A stretch of DNA of 64,000 nucleotides from the human T2T-CHM13v2.0 reference genome, Homo sapiens, in NCBI RefSeq assembly GCF_009914755.1, contig NC_060931.1. One strand, 5' to 3'. Below, one piece after another: positions 13,324 through 25,090 of this stretch. Under the pieces are notes generated by a model. The model saw only the letters and a program-made list of their open reading frames with translations, was not told where the DNA came from and did not search any database. Both the position numbers and the translations under genes were made by a program. Positions within the stretch are counted from its first letter, which is position 1. Each line of letters opens with the position of its first letter.

Positions 13324-13761
13324 GCAATTTCCCTGCAAGGTTTCTTCTTGTTACTGGGGAATCCTCCGCTGTCCTAGGTGCAGAGCATACACAGATACTT
13401 GTGTATCGTTCCTAGCCTCATAAGGTGTTCTCTTCATCCTTATTGCTTCATAGTTTCACTTTGTGATAACTGGGTGCTGATTTATTTTTTGGGGGGGTTT
13501 CTTGTGTTTGGTTCTTTGGTACTTTCAATTTCTTACCCATTATATTGTCTGTTACTCCCTCCATTTCCTACTACTACCACTGTCATGAAATGTGTTAGAC
13601 TTGTCAAATTCTTCTGCATCTCTTAAGTTCTGTTCCACATTTTTCATCTCTTCATTATTTTGAGCTGCATTCTGGGTGCTTATCTCAGTACCATTTTCCA
13701 CTCAATAGTATCCATGCCTGTGTCCAGATTAACACTGAGCTGATTGCTTCAAAAACATTCA

Positions 13762-13990
13762 GCCATTTTCCTATTGCTGCTATAACAATTACTGCACATT
13801 CAGTTACTTAAAACAACACACATTTATCATTTTAAAGTTCTGGGGGCCAGAAGTAGAAAAAGAGTTTAATGGGATAAAGTCAAGGTGTCCATAGGGTTGA
13901 TTTCTTCCAGAGATTCTAGGAGAGGATCCATCTCCTTCCCTTTTCCAGCCTCTAGAGTCTGGCTGGAGATTCCCCTAGACTCTGGCTCCT
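13762..13990 (-). mobile_element. MLT1D-like LTR fragment
   Basis: ttcctattgctgctataacaattac...aaaacaacacacatttatc...gtcaaggtgtcc. Confidence 0.7.
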
Positions 13991-14101
13991 TAAGAGACCA
14001 CAAAATGATACCCCTTTCCCCCTGAACTTTATTTCTATAAGTCTGTAAAGGAAATATTCAAAATTTCGAAAGTCACTTATCAGTTGGAAACATTTTTAAT
14101 A

Positions 14102-14169
14102 GTTTATTTATTTTCTATTTAAAATCATATTGTTTATTTATTTATTTATTTTCTATTTAAAATCATATT
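14102..14169. repeat. Short tandem duplication (30/38-bp units)
   Basis: gtttattta...ttttctatttaaaatcatatt occurs twice head to tail. Confidence 0.85.
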
Positions 14170-14341
14170 AAGATATAATCAGATAAATCCACACTACTTT
14201 CATACTTTTGGCTAGAGAGGTAAGTTTTCAAAGTTCAAGCAGACCTGGGGGAGCCCATCCACCAAAAGAAGAAAAGCCAAGAAAAAGGACTTTGTCAATA
14301 GTCAAACTCTGTGTATATGATCAGATTACTGCTTCTCTCCT

Positions 14342-14820
14342 TGGGAGGTACTATTAACTTGTGACCCAGGTGAGCCACATTTACCTCATGTTCATGCCCT
14401 TGAATAGTATGTACCTGCTTTGACCCTGGCCTTCACCATGTGACTTACTGTGGCAAATGATATATTAGCAAGAATGGTATAGCAGAGGATTGAGAGGTGC
14501 CTATGAATTGAAGCTTGTCCTCTTGGAATGTTCTATCTTGGGGCCAGTCGCCATGCTTTAAAGAAATGTGGGCTAAAATACTGAATAATGGAAACTATAT
14601 AGAGATAGATCTTGGATTCAAAATGTCTTCTTGGAAGTCCCGCCCTGCCCTGAGCTCCTAGCTAAATGCAGATGCAGGTATGAGATTGTGGATACCAAGT
14701 GGAGCAGAAGTGTCCAGCCAATCATAGTCAACAACACTGGCTTGCAAGAAGTGATAAATCATTGATGTATTACGTCCCTAAGTTCTGAAGTGGATTTTTA
14801 TGCAAACAGGTAACTGAAAG
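14342..14820 (+). mobile_element. MLT1G/H-type LTR
   Basis: gttcatgcccttg...ccatgtgacttactgtggcaaatg...ttatgcaaacaggtaactgaaa. Confidence 0.65.
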
Positions 14821-15904
14821 ACCCATGGATGGTATTATACTCAGTAACAACTTTTTCTTTCTCATTCAGAGCACAGTGAGTCAGGTCTGAATGAGATCTT
14901 AGGACAAGCATGTTCTCTTCATGTCAGTTAACCTAAGTTAAACAGACTAGAGAAAGTTTCATGTTTTAATTTCTTCCTTTTGTCAAATTTACATAATTAT
15001 CTCATGGGATTATGATTTGCTTAAGTTTTTGTGTGTCATGGGTGCCCAGTGTCTGTTTACTGTGTCGGTATCTTCCCATTACACATGTCAAATAGACACA
15101 TGTGTTCATCTTTGCAGAGTTTTTTGTAATTGGAAATTTCCACCGCTTGATTTTTCTCCTCCATTGGGAACAGATGCATGCAGTACTCCACATTATAGAA
15201 ACCCTTCTATTTGTCCATTATGAAAGGTAAAATTAAAGCAGAGAATATATCCTTCAGGCTTAGCAAACATATAAGGCAGCAAAACAACAACACTGACTCT
15301 GATTTTAAAGGGCTAAGTTTCCAGGAATGAGTATTGTTCTACCTAAGCTCAGAGACCGTCATTCACCAGTATGAAATTTGCCACTAATTTGTATTTGTAT
15401 CATTGGTAGGTTCATGTAATATCCAACCCTATAAATTATCTTTCCTGGATTAACATACCATAAAGTGCAGGATAAGAGGTTTCTTGTAAGGTAGTTCCAG
15501 ATTAACATGACCTAGAAACTAAGATAGCACAGTGCTCACGTTGGCTTACAGGCCGATACTCCAATCCCTATGTAGCACCATTTTATTAAGCCAATAAAGT
15601 GCTACTATTATAAGATTTTTATAACCTCGCAGGCCATAGCCTTTTCAGGGGCACTGATAGTAAGTATAGTTCCTTTAATTAAAGTGACCAGAAACACTTG
15701 GCCCAGTGTTAGAATCGTTCATTATTTACCCACATCAGTCTTGTGAGCCTTTATGGCACTCATTGTCTCTCAGAGCAAAGCCAGATAATTTTATAGGACC
15801 TGCAGTGTACAGGAATCTAAGGGTCTTGGGTTAAGCAGTGAAAATGAACCTTCTCTATCTCATGTACTGACACACAGGGAAGCTTAATTACAGAGTACAA
15901 TTTA

Positions 15905-16150
15905 ATGGGAGGAAGCCTCGGCTCTGGACTTATAGCACCTGGAATAGTTGTCAAGTCTGCTACTTTTCCTGTTGGTAATTATGGGCAAGTTATCTAAGCC
16001 CTCTGTGTCTCAGTTTCTGCAGTTCTAAAGTGACAATAACAGAACTTGCTTTATATGGATAATACTATCATGAGTTGTAAATCTGTTTTGCATATAAAGC
16101 ACTCAAAAACTATCTGCTAGTTAGGCATTCACTATATGTTATTTGTAATT
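15905..16150 (+). mobile_element. MIR
   Basis: Core gggcaagttatctaagccctctgtgtctcagtttctgcagttctaaagtg. Confidence 0.75.
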
Positions 16151-16398
16151 ATCCCTTTAATATCATTTTCACTGATAGAATTTAATGATAGGGAGGAATA
16201 AAAATAAAGTATTCTATGGACTGTCTCCCTCTGAAGTTTCCCCTGTCATGGTAACTCTTATTGGTCTGCACAATTGAATAAAGCACTAGATGATGCTTGT
16301 TCAGCTGTGTTATTTCTCACCGTAACTATGAATTCTAAATTTCAAGTCACACAAATTCACTGTTTGGTCCATCAGGAAATATCAAGTTTAAAGCTAAC

Positions 16399-16769
16399 TG
16401 CTATGATCTAAATATTTGTGTCTCTCCAAAATTCACATTTTGAAGCCCTAATTCCCAAGGTGATGGCATTAGGGCCATCACCTTTACCTCCTAAAGAGGG
16501 CCTTTAGGAGGTAATTAGGACACCAGGACTCAACCCTCATGAATGCGATTAGTGCACTTATAGAGAGGGTTAAGGGTGCCTGTTTGTCCCTTCCTCCATG
16601 GCAGGGCACAGCAAGAAGGTGCTGCCTTCCAGGCAGAGAATGAGCCCTCACCAGACACCAGATGTGTTGTGGACTTCCTAGGCTTTGGAACTCTGGGGGA
16701 TAATGTCTGCTGTTTATGAACCACTCAGTTTGTGGTATTTTATTATCACAGCCCTAAAGGACCAAGACA
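16399..16769 (+). mobile_element. MLT1A/MSTD-type LTR with an internal double hairpin
   Basis: tgctatgatctaaatatttgtgtctctccaaaattcac...ccctcatgaatgcgattagtgc...gtggtattttattatcacagccc...aagaca. Confidence 0.82.
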
Positions 16770-16996
16770 CCAACAAGGGCATGGGTAGTCATCATCAGAA
16801 TAAATAGGATTGAGGGCTATACTGGAAAGAACTTTAAGTAAAGCTTTCTTAATTCACATATTGAATGGTCTTATTTCTGTCATGATTTAGTCTGCAGTAA
16901 GGTTTTTTCTGGGCCCATCTGGCTTCTAAAATATTAGGGTCCTTTATAAATTCTGATGGAGTTGAAACATCATATTCTGAAAAAGGTTAACATCCC

Positions 16997-17405
16997 TTTC
17001 ATAAGTTTCCCAGGGCTGCCATAACAAAGTGCCACAAGCTGAGTGGCTTAAATGGTAGACGTTAAATGTCCACAGTTCTAGAAACTAGAAGGAAAAAGTT
17101 AAGGTGTCGGCTACTTCATGCTGTCTCAGAGGCTGCAGGAGGAAACTCGATCAGTGCCCTTTTCTTAGCTTCTGGTGTCGCCAGCACTGTCTCCTGAGCA
17201 TATGGTAACTTGATGCCCATCTTTGCTTCCATCAGCACATGGCCCTCTCCCCATGTCTCTGTGTTTGCACCTGGCCTCTGTATGACCTCATCTTAACTTA
17301 ATTATATCTGCGACGACAGTTTTGTCAATGCCACATTCTGAGGTATGGGGTTAGGACTGCAATGTATCTGTTAGAGGGTGGGAGGACACAATTTAATCCA
17401 TATAC
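16997..17405 (-). mobile_element. MLT1C-type LTR
   Basis: cccagggctgccataacaaagtgccacaagctgagtggcttaaa...cacattctgaggtatggggttaggac...ggacacaatttaatcc. Confidence 0.78.
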
Positions 17406-18320
17406 CTTTTCAGTGAGACAATGAAGGGGAATTCCTGGTCCTGGCAACAACCAAGAAAAACAGATATGGAAACCAGCAGGTGGTTATGCTGGTTGTGATT
17501 AGCACAACTGGTACAATCTGATTGCATCTTTTATAATTCAAAAGTAAATCACAGGTTCTAGCTGCCTTAAGGGACTGTCCAATCTGACCAGTAAAAGGTA
17601 TAAAGCAGGAAACAGACTATCCCTAGTTTCTTCAACTTAGTATGCTTTTGGGACCTTGTGCAATTCTCCTGGACTCCAACCCTGTTTCACACGCTCACGC
17701 GGTAGTGTGGAGAGCGAGCCTACAGTTTGCCATTTGTTAGGTACCCTTTTAAGTGCCTTGCTGTGTATGACTTGACTCACAAAATAGTATAACTATGTTG
17801 GGCATTGGCTGCACAGGGAGAGTGTTGCACTGGCTTTTACCTTTTCCCCTTATTAGCCATTAAAATAACATTCTTTTTTAGAAAATAGGTTGTCAGTTTG
17901 AGGGAACAGCAACAAGAAGTAACTTCTTTTCTTTTCAATGCAAAGTTGGAACAGAAAGTAGACAGATGCCTGGAGATTGCCCATTCTAACTTCCCTAAAC
18001 CTGTTTCTGGAATTTTACATGGTAAATTTTCTCCCTTACACTCAGTTGGGATCAATTTCTGTGCTATTAATTCATCGATATAAAGTTTATTAAATTTTCT
18101 TACCACTTGAGTATAATCTATCTTCCCTCTAATCTTTCAGTCATGTCTTGTTGCAGTCATGACTTTTATCATCATATTTGATTGTACACTGATGCCAAAA
18201 TGGAGATTTCTCAGTGAAGTTCACATTTGTTTTCAATTATTTTTTAATGAGCCTTGATATCTTTTCTTCTGAAATTTCTCATTCATCATGATATATATTT
18301 TGGGGAAGTATGATGTGATT

Positions 18321-21300
18321 TTTTTAATTTTTGATTTTAAAATTAATTTTAATTTAATTTTTTATTTTTTTATTTCAACAGTTTTTTGGGATACAGGGTT
18401 TTTGGTTACATGGATGAGTTCTTTAGTGGTGAATTCTGAAATTTTAGTGCGCCCATCACCTGAGAAGTGTACATTGTACACAATATGTAGTCTTTTGATC
18501 CTTACCCCCTCATAACCACCACCCACCAAGTCCCCAAAGTCCGTTGTATAACTCGGATGCTTTTGCATCCTCATAGCTTAGCTTAGCTTTCACTTGTAAG
18601 AGGAAACATACTGTATTTGGTTTTCTCATTCCTGAGTTACTTAGAATAATGGCCTCCAGCTTCATCTAAGTTTCTGCAAAAGACATTATTTTGTCCCTTT
18701 TATAGCTGAGTAGTATTCCATGTTGTATATATACCACATTTTTTCATCCACTCGTTGGTCAATGGACACTAAGTTTGGTTCCATATATTTATGATTACAA
18801 ATTGTGCTGCTATAAACATACCTGTGTTTGAGTCTTTTTCATATAATGACTCCTTTTTCTTTGGTTAGAGACCCAGTACTGTGATTGCTGGGTCAAATAG
18901 TAGATCTACTTTTAATTCTTTAAGGAATCTCCATACTGTTTTCCATAGTAGTTGTACTAATTTACATTCCAGCCAGCAGTGTAAAAGTATTTTTTCCCCA
19001 TATCCATGTCAACATCTGTAGTTTTTTGACTTTTTAATTATGACCATTCTTGCAGGGGTAAGGTGATGTCTCCTTGTGGTTTTAATTGGCATTTCCCTGA
19101 TGATTAGTGATGTTGATCATTTTTTCATATGCTTGTAGGCTGTTTGTATATCTTCTTTTGATAATTGTCTATTCATGTCCTTTGCCCACTTTTTGAGGAG
19201 ATTATTTGTTTCTTGCTGATTTGTTTGAGTTCCTTGTACATTCTGGATACTTGTTTTTTGTTGGATGCATAATTTGTGAATATATTCTCCCACTCTCTTG
19301 ATTGCCTGTTTACTCTTTCTTTCCCTCCCTCCCTTCCTTCCTCCCTCCCTTCCTTCTTCCTTCTTCATTCCCCTTCCTTCCTTCCTTTCCTTCCTTCTTC
19401 TTTCCCTCCCTCTCTCCCTCCTTCCCTCCCTCCGTTCCTTCTTTCCTTCCCTCCCTCCCTCCTTCTTACCTTACCTTATCTTTCCTTCCTTCCTGTCTTC
19501 CTTTATCTTTTTTCCTTTTCTTTTTTCTTTTTCTTTTTTTTTTTTTTTTGCTGTGCAGAAGCTTTTTTAGTTTAATTAGGTCCCATTTATTTATCTTTGT
19601 TTCTGTTGTATTTGCTCATGGGGTCTTAGTCATACATTCTCTGCCTAAGCCAATGTACAGAAGAGTTTTTGTAATGTTATCTTCTAGAATTTTTACAGTT
19701 TCATCTTGAGTGGATTTTTGTATAAGCTGAGAGATGGGGATCCAGTTTTATTCTTCCACATGTGGCTTGCCAGTTTTCCCAGCACCATTTATTGAATAGG
19801 GTGTCCTTTTCCCAGTTTATGTTTTTGTATGCTTTGTCAAAGATCTGTTGGCTGTAAGGGTATTTGGATTTATTTCTGGGTTCTCCATTCTGTTCCACTG
19901 GTCTAAGTGCCTATTTTTATACCAGTGTTATACTGTTTTGGTAACCATAGCCTTGTAGCATAATTTTTAAGTCTGGTATTGTTAAGTCTCCAGATTTGTT
20001 CTTTTTGCTTAGTAGTGCTTTGGCTATGTGGGCTCTTTTTTGGTTTCACATAAACTTTGGATTGTTTTTTCTAGTTCTGTGAAAAATGATGATAGTATTT
20101 TGAGGGGAATTGCATTGAATCTGTAGATTGCTTTAGGCAGTATGTTCATTTTCACAATATTGATTCTTCCCATCTATGAGCATGGAATTTGTTTCCATTT
20201 GTTTGTGTCATCTATGAATTATTTCAACAGTGTTTTGCAGTTTTCCTTTTAAGATCTTTCACCTCTTTGGTTAAGTATATTTCTAGGGTTTGTTGTTGTT
20301 GTTGTTTTTGTTTTTATTTTTGTTTTTTTCAGCTGTTGTAAAAGGGATTGAGTTCTTGATTTGATTCTCTCCTTGGTCATTGTTGCTTTATAGTAGTTCT
20401 ACTTATTTATGTGCATTGATTTTGTAACCCAGGACTTTGCTGAATTTGTTTATCAGATATAGGAGACTTTTTGATGAGTCTTTAGGATTTCTAGGTATAC
20501 AATCATATCTTCAGCAAATAGCGACAGTTTAATTTCCTCTTTTCCAATTTGGATGCTGTTTATTTCTTTCTCTTGACTGATTCCTCCAGCCAGGGCTTCT
20601 AGTAACATGTTGAATAGAAGAGGTAAAAGTGGACATCCTTGTCCTGTTCCATTTCTCAGGGGGAATACTTTCAACTTTTTCCTAGTCAGTCTGATGTTAG
20701 TTGTATGTTTGTCATAGACGGCTTTTATTACTTTGAGGTAAGTCCCTTCTGTGCCTATTTTGTTGAGGATTTATATCATAAAGTGATGCTGGATTTTATC
20801 AAGTGCTTTTCTGTGTCTATTGAGATATTCATATGATTTTATTTTTAATTCAGTTAATGTGATGTATCACATTAATTGACTTGCATAGGTTAAATCATCT
20901 CTGCATCCCTGGAATGAAACCCACTTGATCATAATGTATTCTCTTTTTGATATGCTGTGGCATTCAGTTAGTTAGTATTTTGTTGAGGATTTTTGCATCT
21001 ATGTTTATCAGAGATACTGGTCTGCAGGGTTTTTTGTTTGTTTGTTTGTTTCTTCTGTGTTTTTCCTGGTTTGGGTATTAGGATGATATTGTTTTCATAG
21101 AATGATACAGGGAGGATTCCCACTTTCTCTATCTTTTGGAATATTTTCAAGAGAATTGGTACTAATTCTTCTCTGAATGTCTAGTAGAATTCAGCTGTAA
21201 ATCCATCTGGTTCTAAACTGTTTTGTTTGACATTTTTTTTAAATTACCGATTCAGTCATGCTGCTTGTTATTAGTCTGTTCAGGGCTTCTTTTTATTTCT

Positions 21301-21474
21301 GATTTAATCTAGGAGGGTGTATTTTTCAAGGAAAATTTCCATTTCCTCTAGATTTTCTAGTCTGCACATGTAAAGGTGTTCATAGTAGCCTATGATCTTT
21401 TATATTTCTGTGGTATTGGTTGTAATATCTCCAGTTTCATTTCTAATTGAGTTTATTTGGATCTTCTCTCTTCT
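18321..21474 (-). mobile_element. 5'-truncated L1PB (L1PB2-like), ~3.15 kb
   Basis: L1PB 3'UTR (ggttacatggatgagttctttagtggtgaattctg); RT-like peptides on minus strand ([24 protein letters not shown]); TSD tatgatgtgatt at 18309-18320 and 21475-21486. Confidence 0.92.
19313..19549. repeat. (CCTT/CCCT)n polypyrimidine expansion inside L1PB
   Basis: ~235 bp of nearly pure C/T ending in poly(T). Confidence 0.95.
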
Positions 21475-21912
21475 TATGATGTGATTCTTAGAGAAAGAAG
21501 AAATAAATTTGACCAAAGGCCTAGAAAGGAAACAAAGGTAAAGCTTGATCACTCTGTCTTTGCAGTGACCAGTTATAATTCTGGAGGCTGAAAGATCTCT
21601 AAATTGCTGTCCCAGTTTCAAATATAACTTCCCATATCAGCATTTACTCTCATGATAAAAGGTTATTCTATCTTTCCTAACTACCTACTAGTTAAACTGT
21701 ATCTTACATACTCAACTCTCTTTTTAAATTTTAATCTGGCTAGTTCTTATTTTCATAGTTAGAATAGTGAAACATGTCTCCTCATCCTTTATTAAAGATA
21801 ATGCAAGATATACACATGTAGTATTTGCCCAATGCAGTGCTGAGTACAAACACTCTCCAGTATCTTACACATTCATCTGTTCCACTTCTAGGCATTATAT
21901 GAAATGTCTTCA

Positions 21913-22134
21913 ACTTGTTTGGAGGAACTGTCAGGGGAGGTGCAGCTACTCATATATCCTTGACCGAAGAACAATCTTCCTCTATCAGGGAAGGTTGTCC
22001 CCTTCCACCAAGTGCTCTGCTTTGGGAAGAGTGAGGGCAGGGAAGGGGACAGCCCACCTAGCCAGTCAGATCAGCCAAATCAACCCTGGCAACCAATGGG
22101 ATGACAGCTGTTGAAACCAGATTGACTGCACACC
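21913..22134 (-). pseudogene. 7SK snRNA pseudogene (RN7SK-derived), 3'-truncated
   Basis: Reverse complement follows 7SK from its 5' end: ctgtcatcccattggttgccagggttgatttggctgatctgactggctaggtggg...tcttcggtcaaggatatatgagtagctgcacctcccctg...cctccaaacaag. Confidence 0.93.
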
Positions 22135-22981
22135 TTATACCAATTATCTATGAGAACAAGAACACACAACTCTTTGCTGCCCCATTCCGTGTATGCTTTG
22201 CCCAGTGGCCAAGGCCTTTACCTCACATACAGCTTGATTAAGAATCCTCTGACCTCTCAGTCTAGTGAGTTTTTAAATTTATATGAAAACATTTTCAATT
22301 TCCTATGTTTATTATTTTGCTGTTTAAATTTCTATTACTCTTAACTCACATTCTCTTGTATCTGTTTTTTTAAAATTCCTTGTCTCAGCTTTATCTTTTC
22401 AAAGACACTTTTCATCTCATGAAATTTTTTCATGAGATGAAAAAATTTCTGAGATTGCAGAGTCATTCCTGAGGCTACTTCTTGGTATGCACATAAATCA
22501 GGATCCTTATTTATTTGCATAAATAAGGGCCCCTATTTCATGCTGTTGGGGCACAGCATGTTAGTTTGACCACAAGTTCTTTTTGCAGCATCTGGGGAGC
22601 GTATGAGTGAAGGGGTGTGTGACATTTGCTGCAGGTCATCCTACCACCAACATGTTTCTAGGCAAGAAGGAGAGCTTCTTCATAAAGTTCCTGCGACGAA
22701 CCCCAAATTCAGGGTGGCCTCTTTCTGGAAGCTATGGATTGATAGAGTCTTGTCAACCTCCAACTGTTGGCCAGCAAAACATCAGATGCCCTGTTCAGCA
22801 GGAGAGCCTTCCCTGCCTTAGATTAGTTCTTTGACAATACGGACAGTGTCGTGTGGTTAAGTTGACTGCTGGCTCTTAATAAAGATCTGTGTGGCTGACT
22901 CTGCAGCTCTGCCTGGCCATGGCATGGAGGAGAAGAAAGATGGACAGGCACATGTGAACATTTCTAACATTCTTGTTAGAA

Positions 22982-23106
22982 ATTGGTGCCAGAACCAACA
23001 GCGGGCATCGGAATCAGTGCATACTCAAGTCCTGCAGTCAGTCCTGTGGAACACAGCCCTGTATAAAAAGTAGGCCTTTTGTATGCCTGGTTTTCCAATC
23101 CCATGA
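22982..23106 (+). mobile_element. MER8/Tigger2-type fragment without TIRs
   Basis: attggtgccagaacc...catactcaagtcctgcagtcagtcctgtggaac...aaaagtaggcc. Confidence 0.72.
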
Positions 23107-23559
23107 TTTCCGAAGCGCCTTCAGAATGAAATATATTCTTTGTTAAATTTGCAGACATTTGTACATCATAATTTTCCTGACATTTTGAAATTTTAGCTTA
23201 TAATTCATCTTGATTAGGATCTTCCTGTGTGTGTGTCTGTGCTTTTTACCCTTTCTATAGGCTCAGACTCTCCTACCTAATATTTCCAATTCAACAGCAG
23301 ATTTCTATTGACTCTGTTGATGCAGGACTACGCTAGTGGAGATACAAGGAATCTGGTTCTTAAGTCACTGGGCGACTTGGCATAGATTGCTGTTGCTTGG
23401 CTGTTTCTTTTTCCTCTTTCTACCTTAGGCGGTAGCTGGATAAATGTGGTTCATGGCTCTTGCTGCAGAAAATGACTGCAACTTTATTTTCCCTGTGTTA
23501 AAATCTGGGCAAACTGGGAGGTGAGTAGAAGTTTTCACCTAGGAGTCGTCTTGTTATCC

Positions 23560-24100
23560 ACTGAAACCTGAAGTTTCCAGGTATGAATGTTTCTGTATTT
23601 ATACTACTTGGATAACAGTGAGCTTCTTAGACTCATGAAGTTTTTCATTGAATTTGAATAGGTTTTGGGTTTATTCTTCTAAATATTGTGCCCCTTTCTC
23701 TGACTTCTGTTACAGATTTTCCCACAGATGTCTGAGGCTCTGTTTTTTTTTTTCTTCATTAATTCTTCATTCTGTATTTTTAGGTTAGATTATTTTTCTT
23801 GATCTATCTAAAATTTTATGATTCATTTCCTTACCATCTTAAATCTTTTATTGACACTTCTAGTATTTCTTTATTTCAATTACTGTACTCGTTAACACCA
23901 GAATTTCCATTTGATTCTTTTTTCTCAATACATTTATAATTTCTGCAATTTTTCTCACAATTTCTGTTTGTTAATTCACTTTGTCATACCTTCTTTTAAT
24001 CCTTTAAATATTGTTTCTTTTAGTTTTTGAACATATTTTTAGTAGCTGCTTTGAAGCCTTTGCTAAATACAATGTACAGGGATACTCAGACAATTTCTAT
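23560..24100 (-). mobile_element. Old L1M fragment (ORF1-region-like)
   Basis: T-rich degenerate L1 antisense text (ctgaggctctg...ttcaattactgtactc...ccagaatttccatttgattc). Confidence 0.5.
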
Positions 24101-24197
24101 TTATTATTATTTTTATTAACCGCTTTTTTGAGATACAGTTCATGTACCTTAAAATTTGCTGATTTAAAGTGCACATTTATTTTTAATATATATGCAG

Positions 24198-24659
24198 TAA
24201 TATGGTTTGAATTGTGTGCCCTAAAATTCATAGGATAAAGTGTTCACCTCCAGTATTGCAGAATGTTACCTCATTTGGAGACAGGATCTTTATGGAAGTA
24301 TCTTCAAACAAGGTTATTAGGATGGGCCCTAATTTAATAAGATCCGTGTCCTTTAAAAGGGGGAAAGTTGAAGACATATTGTAGGAAGGACGCTGTGTGC
24401 AGATGAAGGCAGAGATTGGGGAATGCTTCTGCAAGCCAAGGAGAGCAAAGATTGGCAGCAAAGCAACAGAAGCCAGGTGAGAGGCATAAAACCTCTTCTC
24501 CCACAGCCCTCAGAAGGAAGCAAATCTGCCAACACCTTGATCTCAGACATCCAGCTGAGGGACAAATAACTCCAAAACTGTGGGAAAGTAAACTGCTATT
24601 GTTTAAGTCACTTCGTCCATTATATTTTGTATAGCAGCCCTTGTAAACTCTAAGGTACA
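24198..24659 (+). mobile_element. MLT1C-type LTR
   Basis: tatggtttgaattgtgtgccc...gaaggcagagattgggga...agccctcagaaggaagc...ttgtatagcagccc. Confidence 0.82.
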
Positions 24660-24821
24660 GATATAGATATGCACAAGAATCACCACGGTTTTAGACCATT
24701 TTTGTCATCTAAATGGAATTCCTGAACCCTTTTGTATTGCCCCTTTTTCCCCCTCCAGCCCTATGAAACCACTAACCTACTTCCTGTCTCTACATTTTGC
24801 CTGTTTTGACCATTTCATGTA

Positions 24822-25090
24822 CAGTCACCCCTCGATATATGCAGGGTATTGGTTCCAGGATCAACAGCAGACATCAGAAGCAGCCCATACTCAAGTCTCA
24901 CAGTCAGCCCTGTGGAACCTAGCCGAGTATGAAAAGCAGCCTTTTGTACACCTGTTTCTCCCATCCCGAGATCTGCATTTGGTTGTGAATGTGGAACCTG
25001 TGAATACTTAGCACCAACTGTATTTATTGAAAACATCAGCATATAGGTGGACCCGCCAAGTTTAAACCTATGTTGTTCAAGGGTCAATTG
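24822..25090 (+). mobile_element. MER8/Tigger2-derived non-autonomous DNA transposon
   Basis: Ends cagtcacccctcg and gttcaagggtcaattg; TA on both sides. Confidence 0.85.

Noticed and set aside
17410-18300. Apparently repeat-free stretch as a candidate exon or enhancer (also 600-3900 and 46430-47800)
   Set aside because: No convincing exon structure, coding signal or motif cluster; needs conservation or chromatin data
19276-19709. P/S/F/L-rich ORFs
   Set aside because: Translation of the (CCTT)n tract
21767-22114. 115-aa ORF
   Set aside because: Largely antisense to the 7SK pseudogene; GTG start; no protein similarity recognised
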